A stretch of 64,000 bases of DNA from contig BDGG01000002.1 in assembly GCA_001949185.1 (NCBI GenBank), forward strand, positions 5,074,448 to 5,138,447, given 5' to 3'. Below are positions 54,664 through 64,000 of the stretch, piece by piece. This stretch comes from Ramazzottius varieornatus (Eukaryota; Animalia; Tardigrada). Numbering within the stretch: position 1 is the stretch's first letter; each line of letters opens with the position of its first letter. The notes under the pieces are model-generated. The model was not told the DNA's origin. It was given only the letters and a program-made list of their open reading frames with translations, and did no database searches. A program made the translations under genes and the position numbers.

Positions 54664-57600
54664 TGGTCTCAGAAGCACCGAACTATCCTCGAGTGTGCAT
54701 CATCGCTTCTTTGCAGTTTGTATCCGGACGACCAGGAAGACCTTCTCGTAGAGCCACCGAAACCGCCCAGCGTGCCGTCGACTCCGATACCGTAGCGTCG
54801 TGGGCTGTTTTTTCTTCTTCGGAGGTCTAGGTTCGTCGTTTGACGTTATGCAAAAGCTAAACTGTTCATACTGATTGTCAGTGTATTGTGCGCGCTGGTT
54901 CGATCAATGTCACAATCACGAACCGCGACTGCAGGAACTTCAGCGGTCCGTCGCAACCCACTTGTCCGTTTGTTCTTCATTGATCTTAATTTTGTCTAAT
55001 ATATCTGGAGGCTTTTGTGTTCTGGGCTTCTGTCATCTGTCATAACAGAATAGCGATTGCCTTGTGATGCAAGCAATATAATTTCGACTACGAAGAGTGT
55101 GTTGTACAGCAATAATATTCTTGTAGACGGAACTTGGTAGTTTCTCACAGTCTAGCCTAAAGTTGCATGCTGAAAGTATCGATCTTTCCGATGGTGGCAT
55201 ACTGCATGCAGGAAGGGAATTAACGACCGTTCTGTTGGCAACCGTTACGGAATATGTGGGTAGATTGATCTGCGTTTTGGATTCCGAGCCAGCCAGCAGC
55301 TGTCGAATTTCAAGGAAGTTATCGTAAAGAGAGGAATTAGAGCACAGCCGTATGGTAAAATTCTAAACGAATGACCGACGCTTACTAAACTTTCCTTTGT
55401 GCGAGTTTCGACAGAATCCTGTCTGTTTATGCCGAATCATCCATAATACGAATACGAATCTCCTTGCGTCTTCGGGATGAACCTTTCACTTTAATCGGGA
55501 TTATCTTGTCCTCGGAAAGGCCGAATAAAGTCTGAAGCGCGTTTTCGACGATGGATGTTACCGACGCCGCCGCTTCCGTGGAAGATTGGGACTCGCTGAA
55601 ATACACGGTTACGCTGAGGAAGAAGCCGCTGTAAGTCCAAAAGCTTTGTCTATTTCTATTTCCTTGTTTTGAAAATTGAGAGGGCGAGGCTTCGAGCTTT
55701 TGTTGTACATATGGTTTCTTGTTTCTGGCTATCGGTGACAAATATTTTATTTGCTTGCTTAATGAATATGGTTGTTATTGACTTGTTCAAATATTCAGGA
55801 GCCAGATCAGCAAGTCGGATTGGACATTGGCTAAAAGTTGAATGGTCGAATGGTAACTTTCTGTATCGATCTGCACGAGGCTGCGGAAGATAACTTCTGT
55901 TCGATTTTGCATGTTCCTACTGTCGATAAATTTGCCGCAGAGATTTAGCCAGCAAGGGCTCTGCGATCGATTGTGTGGACCTACTTCCTTGTATGGCGAC
56001 AGTGACTTTGTTAGGTGATAATTTGGTTACCGGGAAGCACGTCCAGTAATTGATCGTACCCTGTACTGGACAGCTACGACACTTTTCGATTGAAGCTCAT
56101 GTGTCTTGCTACGCACGAAGTACTCGATGAAGTAACCCAATTTAAACACTAATCACAGGTATGAATTAAAGTTTGCTGAAGGTTTTGACAGCTTTGAGAT
56201 TTATGTGATAGACAGTTTGATCACGTCGTCGAGCTCGTGATGTGTACAAAGCTCCATCTGCGCCATGTTTTTATAGACTAGCTGCTAACTCTAAATACAC
56301 TCTCAGGCGTATTTCCAGATGTAGCTGATGTAGGTCAGATCATTCCCGAAAGGAGATGTGATACCCATGCGGCTAACTTAATGGTCATGCATGGAATACG
56401 GAGAACCAGCAGTACGCACAGGAAGTCGTCCGTCACTCACATAGGCTCTTCGCAGTTCGCAGCCTTCCTGCGTTTTCCATGAGGCTGTCCTATAGGGTGA
56501 GAGGAAAAACGGGTTCTTATGAAGTGCTGGAAGAAAGGTTATAGTTTTTGATCTATCCGTCTAGAGATTAGGAAAAAACTGGTGACCGATGAGGTTGTCT
56601 CTGGTACCTGAGATTATGTTCGATTATGGCAGAATGTGGGTTGATGATAACCAATTAGTCGAGAGTTTAATCGGCAACGACGGATTCGAGCTTCGCAATC
56701 CTCTGTTCCCCCACTGTGAAACTGTCATTCAGCCGTCTTGACGATCATGCGAGTCATCTTCTGCAGAACAGTCATAGCTCATATAGCTACATATATCATG
56801 GCCAAATAGAACCAAAAATGGAGTCGATCTATAGCGTGACACCGTTTATCGTTTTCTTTTTGTGTGCGTTTAGTGTAGACAATCTGTTCTTTGATGGATT
56901 CGTTGCTTTTCGATAAGTCTGCCACCCCCAAATTTTAATGCTAGGTATATGCCAAAGCAGCTCACGAGAAACTGAATGGAATACAGCCACCAGTTTGAAG
57001 GAAGGCAGCCAGCTTCCAAGACGATTTATGATAAACTGTTTTGTCAGCCGGCATGTTTACGGGAGGACTGGTGAGAGTGGAATCTTGGTGGTCAAGCCTG
57101 GGCTTCGTGGTCTTGCGGCATCTTGAATGAACGTCAACAGCCTGATAGTGAACGATGAAGTTGCCTCACCGCATTTCTGAAGGAAGCTTGTCTTTCAAAT
57201 AGCCTTCTCTCGACGAAAAAATCCATTCAACGACGGACTTTTCTCTGTTGACAGTCAAGAGCGGCATTTCATAATTCAATGAGGCATTCTCGATATAAAC
57301 ATCATCTTTTTCAAACACGAACTCTACAAGCGGTTTGAAGCGACAAAAAAAGTGTAGCATTGTGCGTCTGCCGTGTTGCGTATACCTGTCAACCTTACAC
57401 GATCATCTATCGTAAAAACGTATACGTGGGCCATGTAATTTGACGACTTGGTGGCCGCAACCAAAAAAGTTCCGTTTGCTGTGCTAAAGTCATAATGTAG
57501 GCTTTTTCTTCAGAGAAGCGGACGGAAGAGCGTCTGCCGGTCAAGTGGTCAAGTCTCTGGAGGTCGCCACCGGTTAAGACAGTCAATATTGTATCGCTTC

Positions 57601-60600
57601 CAGCCTAGCCGGATCGCTAGTTCGTCAGACAAAAAAGCTGATTTCACGATAGCAGGTTGCACCTGGATTTTATGCCAATTTCATGGCCGTTTCTGGTCAA
57701 AAACCTGCCAACATCAGATAAAAAGCTGATTAGACGCTAATTACAAGCTCAGTTAAATCAAATTTCGTGCGTAGGACCCGTGAGTGAAGGACTTCAGAGC
57801 AGGGACCGAGAACCCGACTGGGCTGGTTGTGCCTCTGGTCTTTAACGAACTTCCGTTTACTCAGTTACTCTGACCACAACTTCGACCACGGCAATATCAA
57901 GACTCGATAGCCCACTCTCGAACGTCCAGATCGGGCTCAACCAAGTGAACGAACGAGGTTGTTCCGGAGACGTTGTGTGCTGCTTGTTACAAGCTTAGGC
58001 TCGCCCGAAGTTTCTAACTAGAAAAGCTTGCCCAGGTGCTGAAGAAGAATCACAGGAGGAATTTTTGTCGAGCGGACCTCGTCGAATACTTGGCTTGGGG
58101 AAATCTGCTGGACCGAGGACTTCCTGTCGGAGAACGAGCTGCGAAAGTAATTTTCCTGCGCACTGATAGTAATGTTTGTACGTGGTATCTGCCTGAGCAG
58201 AAGGTGCACTTCTCATGAGTCTCATCCGCAATGGATGTACGGTGCTGTGTCTGCCGATAGTGAAGTTGCAGGTGGTCGAACAGGTTTAGCGCAGAATTTC
58301 GCGTGTTCTGAGGTGGATCCGTGTGTCTAATGACGCCAATGAAATACTGGTTTTGATTGAGTACATGCAGTAACAGCCCAATCACTGAGTTGATGCGGTA
58401 CGAAATTGCGGTTATGTTTGCGAATAGTCTAACTCAAGTCTGATGGTTCAGAACTTTACGTATGGTATGAGTACAGCGTTTCCAGGTATTAATTGTCTGA
58501 GCAAGTGACTTGGGTATGTAATTGATCTAACAATTTTGGATTATACTCCGTCGCAGACTTTGACACCAGATCACTGTACTTCCTCTTGGGAACATTCTGC
58601 AAAGGTACATTCAAGGGGGAGATTGTTCCACTCGGCCACAAGTTCTGTTCGGACTATTTTTCCGGTAAGGCGAAGTGCGCATCTTCTGCGTGCATGGAGC
58701 CCGGATCGGGTTCCCGTGCGTGGCTCCCGAAGACTGTCCTTCTCCCGTTGTATTTCGGAGATTGACAGACGTAACTTAGACCGAACGATGAAAATGTGTC
58801 GTCTAGTACCGTTGGCTCGCTAGTTTCAAGACAGATTTGCGTTCGTGGACGTTTCTGGTTTTCGCGGTCGTTCTGACCAGTTTTTGACGTTTTAATGACT
58901 GCTTGCGCCGGATGTGCTTTGCATAATCAAATCTGAATGTCGTCTGATGTATCTACTGCCACAGAAAATTCGCGTTTTACTACGAATTTGATTGGCACTG
59001 GGCTGCGGCATTACAGTCTCGATATCCCAAATAGCAGATCAAACGTTTCCTGAGCGGTATAACAAAATTCGCTTTATCGTACTGTACTCATAAGTCGCTT
59101 ACAGACTTATCTTCGTAACTCCGTGAAAGGAGGATGATTGATGAAGATATTTGGACACTACACTCGTTTCGGACTGTGGCGCGATTACACGTTGATGTTC
59201 TTCATCTTTTGTTAGACCAGATGGTAAAAAATTTGTATTCGTACTTAATATATGCACTTTGCCATGTAATTCACGCTGGTGACTTGCGAGCTCTTTTATG
59301 TTGCTTGTCGATCAAATTCGCGGACGTTCAATAGCGAAGAGGCCGTGAGAATGGGATTCAGAGCCATAAGCTTGCGCATGCAACAATCGTACTATGGTTA
59401 TTGTTTTATGGGCGTGGCAGCGAACAGGCTTCTTACGGCATTGATATTTATAAGCCTTATTTATGAAAGGCATATGGGTGGTGTTGAGCACGCGTGAACT
59501 ATATGATCAAAGATCCGTTTAGACATTCAAACACGATGTTACCATCGGAAGAGTCGGTGTTTACCGGTGGAACAAGGAAGTAAAGTCATAGTGAACGCAA
59601 GCTCATGCAATTAATTACCCTATAGTACAGTATATAGCTGATGGTACCTTTATCTTACCATAGAAACTGTAATAAGTGAGAACTATAAGAGTGTATATTG
59701 CCGTAGATGGAAAAAACCTGATTGCCTAGAGGAAAAATGTTTTCGGTTCTCTTCGAACAGCTGGAAAGCGTATTCCGGACCCGATGACATCCGAACCTTC
59801 AGTCGATAAGGCGCTATGATTTCGAATCGAAAACACACGAGTCTGGTGATAAAAAACAAAGATAAAGTTTAAGGGGAATTCCGATATGATTAGGTGGATA
59901 TGATTAGGTAATTGCTTGTCGGATACTTGTTGTCCTGGTTTAGTAAGCTGTGAACGGGTGTTCTGGATAAGCTAAAGATTTTTTTGTTTCTCTTTCAGTG
60001 CGTTCGAAGAGATTATCTCTGTACTCAGGGCTGTTCATTCCATGCATAATTCTGAGCACTTTACCAGAGATTCTGTCGGAATATTATTGTTGTTGATTTA
60101 ATATACGACTTGGTATGCGATGATATTGGCAGGAATTTTTTATCAGAAATGACCCACAGAAGTTATACACGACGACGCTCGTCCCATCCCGTGACAGCTT
60201 GTTTTCAACGGAAACGTCCAACTCAATTTTTTTCGACTCGGAATTCGTACGTTTATCATTACAGAGACCTTCGCCGTTCCTTGAGGTGCGTGTTTCCGGT
60301 ACATGCTGTTTTCCCTCAATGAGGAAGTTCGAAAGTTTACTCTTCCTACACGACTCTAGAATACGCTGAGACGTTTTTTCGTCGAATTAGTGTGTTAAGT
60401 TACACTGTGTCTGGTCTCTTTATGAAACCGTGAATTTCCACATTTCAATTCAGTGGCCGTAATTACGGATTCCTCGTTTTAAGATCGGTTATTATCCAAT
60501 GGAAAGTATGTTGTTATTTGTGGGTGGTGATTGATGTCCTGTCAGCACGAGACATTTTCGTCAAGGTCTCATCAAGATATTATTGGCAGCCGACGCATTT

Positions 60601-63600
60601 GTCTCCGACAAGTAGACATTGTAAATTTGAAACTGAAAATGTTGTAATTAAACGTCGCCACCCCGATGTCCCTCCTTGTCTGCGTCCTCCGCTCCGACAT
60701 GATCTCCATCAGGTTGTGCATGTCCCTCTATCCTGTAGGAAGATCACTCATTTATGTTTATGGAAATCGTGTTTGTGTGGTGGAGGTCGCAGCTACTAAT
60801 CGTTACAAACTGGTTATTCCATGTCTGCCTTATCGGGCTGGGGAAGCATTTGGAAAATTAAGTGCAGGCACGCTGGGCTCGAGTCGTCTAATCTTTCCAG
60901 CTATTAGAGCTCTCGAGTTGATTTACCTTGAAATATGTGCTCGCTATCTCACATCGGCACTTTGCTCTTGCTTCGGTGGATGGTTAACGACGTGCACTTT
61001 GCTCCGAGCTCGTTCGTCGACTACTGTAAACCGCCCGTGCGCTTCATATAGCTAGCTCTTCTCAAGTGGTTCGGCGCGTTTGAACGAAATTAAATGGTCA
61101 TGACCCCTCTTATGTCTGTTCCCGGAAGGAAGACGACAAATTTGAAACAAGTCAGGCGGAATTTAGAAATGCTTCGGTGCCAGATAGCAGCTTTTCGGTC
61201 ATTTCGGAACTTCATCGAAGTGTAAGGGGGGACCCTTACCCACTATCGAGGTCACGTTGGCTCTCCGAGTCTCCGGGAAGTTGGAATATGCGCACTTAGC
61301 TGGAGGGTCCGATATGCGGTCTCCTTGGTCGCAATTCAAAATATACAATGATCTCACACGACATGGGCAATAACAGCAAATTATATCAACAGAATAATAC
61401 ATCAAACTACAGGATGATCTACATTTCCCGTGAAGGATCTACTGCTGTGCTGAAAGCCTAAGGACGCGACCGGACCATCTGGTCTTGTATTCACTGAAGC
61501 TCTTGGCCGTGTAAACAGACTGCCATCAGCGATTAGCTCATTTCCGTTCGGCGATGACCACTGTCCATTACCAGAAGAGATATGAACCCGAGTTGGAAAT
61601 TGCAAAGTAATGAGATATGACACGAAGGCGCACATTCTTAATGGTGACATGGAATCTAATTGAATACCCTAATGAATGGCTGGGTGCTGATTGCGATGAG
61701 CCTGGAATTTGTCCAGCTGTTCTCTTGAAGGCCTGTACAGCAAATAACGAAACAGGAGAACCAGGAGGTCATCGAGCAAGAGCTCTCAATGGCCGTTGAA
61801 GAATCGATCACCAGCCACAAAGAACCCCGGGGAGTCGTCTCCCAGAAAGACGATCGAGCCGATTTGTCCGCCCTCCCTCACCGAATGAATTTATGGTATT
61901 GTACGAGCTGGGCTTACTAGCAATCACCAAAGCTCTTGTCTTCTATGATCAAATTAAACATGAAAGGTAGTATTCAAAATCTTTCAGATGTTCCCATTTG
62001 ACGTTCGCCAAGCGCAGTGATGAACTGTAGAACCCGGAAGCCGAGGTCTCCGACAGACACCGTGGTCGGGTCCGGCCTTTTTCTTTCTCTATAGGTAATT
62101 ACGGTTATGGCAGGTCCAACCCGATCGACGTATGATGTCCAGCTTTTGGGTACACGGCGGGACATGCCGCCAAAGGAAATCTGTCAGGAGCAGACGGCAG
62201 ACAAGTTGTTAGTGAAGCATTGACATCTGTTGAAGTGGCCCGAAATGCCGTATGCGGGACAGCCAGGGAGTATTGTCCGATCCCGTTGAAGAGTGAAGAG
62301 GGGATAAGCTGGCAAACCTGGCGATGCCAGCAAAGCTCAGCAATTAATATTTATCGGTACTTTCGCCTGGCGTTCGCGCTTGCTCTTCCTTCTCCGGCCA
62401 GCTGTCCACGTCGTGTGCCGGTTGTACGTTCTGCCACAGTGTGCAAATACACATTTCTCGCTTGTCCGTGCTCGGCAGCCATTACTTTACCAGGGAAGGA
62501 AGCCCATGAAGGTGATGCAGTGAATGAGCAGTTCAGCAGTTCGTAACCGCCCGATGAAGCAAAACATCGCCTGTCAATACTAAGCCTGATATCGTGACAA
62601 CTAGCGCCATTATCAGAAATGGCAGTTGAGCTCCACCAAACAGTTTGGCTTGTCAGTGTTGTTCAATTGCTCATTTTAGCAACGGATCTAGACTAAATTC
62701 ACAAGTGGACTACTTTTTCCACGTTCTTGGCCTCTTTTGGAAGCTTTCCTCCCATCTTTGCTTACATTGCATAATTTTGTTTCGTGCCTCGAGGAAATAC
62801 TATCCGTCCAGACGCGCTCCGTGATATCTCGCTAGCGCGACGCTGCTGTATACCGCTAGCTATTTGGAAATATTAGATCGGCTTTATTGTGAAATTCTTG
62901 AAGGTAAACTATACAGTAGCAACATTGGAAACTGATGACGGGATGATCAAACTGTTGGTTCGAATTCTGGCTATACTGGTTCTCATCTAATACGCCCATA
63001 TTTTTATCAAGTATTTTTTTCCTGAGTCCATTTCGTATGGTCGTGGTTTATTTGATGCTCATGAGCATTGGGATCTAATCTGCATGAAAATGTAGCGAGC
63101 GTCTGGTTACGCTTTGTGAACTTGGAACCATCAATTATGCTTGTCGCGTGCCGGGCTTTTATCGCGATACCGTTACCTCAGTCGGTTGACTGCCGATACG
63201 CTTTGTTCGCCAAGCTTCCATCTTTCGTTCGTGCATGAATGATTGTCCGATATAATGGCCCTGCGCATGCAGGTCGGCTTCGTTTGCCAGCGATGCTTCT
63301 TTTGGGAGATGGGAGGAACGCTTTGCAGTTCGAAACTGAGGAATTCTCTTGAAGTAGGATGGATTTGGCTTTTCCGCGAAACACATTAGAGGAAAAACGC
63401 CCTCAAAAAGCTTGAGCTGGCTTTAGAACTGTTTGTCTTTTCCAGCTTACGATGGGAGACATTTGCTTCGAAGAGACGTTCGTTCACTGCACTTTAGTTT
63501 TGTGAGCGGGATATCGAAAGGAGTTATTAGGGGAACATCCTGCAGATTCAATAACTCAGCCCTACAGAGAACCTGTCACATCGACCCGTATTCAGGATCG

Positions 63601-64000
63601 TCGATTTTCGTCAATAGACTCAGTACTGAGGCAGGATTTACAGTTCGCGAACGAGCAGCTGTATTTGCTTCAGAAGCAGAACTAATGACGGTATCCAGCA
63701 GTTACGTAAAAGCCGAAAGGTAAAGTTATACAAGGTAGCATAATGATGATTTAGCCTTATAGCGCACGCGTGATGCCATATTTTATTGCTTGGTCATCAA
63801 GGCATCAGTCAATGAAGTCAGGTTTCCAAGTGCAGACATCCTCCGCCTATCAAATATTTAAAATGCGAAGGAACGTTGTGCTGCATAGTAGTTTTGTGGT
63901 GAATGGTCCAGGGATTACTGTACTCACTACTTGCACATTCGAAAAACAGAAGTGGATCAATCAGAATGAAAACTGAGCAAATATTGGACGAACATGCTCG

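Noticed and set aside
59883-59909. Short tandem duplication gatatgattaggt x2
   Set aside because: Only two copies; trivial slippage, not an array.
62955-62972. GGTTCGAATTC T-loop/B-box-like motif
   Set aside because: No cloverleaf, acceptor stem or A-box context could be built, so it is not called as tRNA or SINE.

Overview
Compact, intron-rich animal genomic DNA: GT-AG introns are mostly 60-150 bp and intergenic gaps are short. The style suggests a eutardigrade such as Ramazzottius, which is inference only. About 22 spliced protein-coding genes fill 1-54.7 kb: RRP12 (partial), an inward-rectifier K+ channel, ARMC10-like, TMEM70-family, QNG1, class II ARF, CARM1, an orphan type II membrane protein, two tandem secreted EB/EGF + cadherin-like paralogues, a cytosolic sulfotransferase, RMC1, MRPS30, two tandem divergent CNG channel subunits, WASH1, an SH3-less CSK, a cyclase-less natriuretic-receptor-like protein, TMEM272-like, a DH31 (calcitonin-like) neuropeptide precursor, PTRH2 and PTPMT1. 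The last ~9 kb has no supportable gene. The most striking observation is the CNG pair. Both subunits keep cGMP-type cyclic-nucleotide-binding domains but have rewritten selectivity filters. One carries a ~375-aa His/Gly-rich extracellular insertion in the S5-pore turret, with N-glycosylation sequons and two tandem furin sites, which suggests a metal/pH-sensing, proteolytically processed channel. Exon boundaries were read by eye and are approximate.
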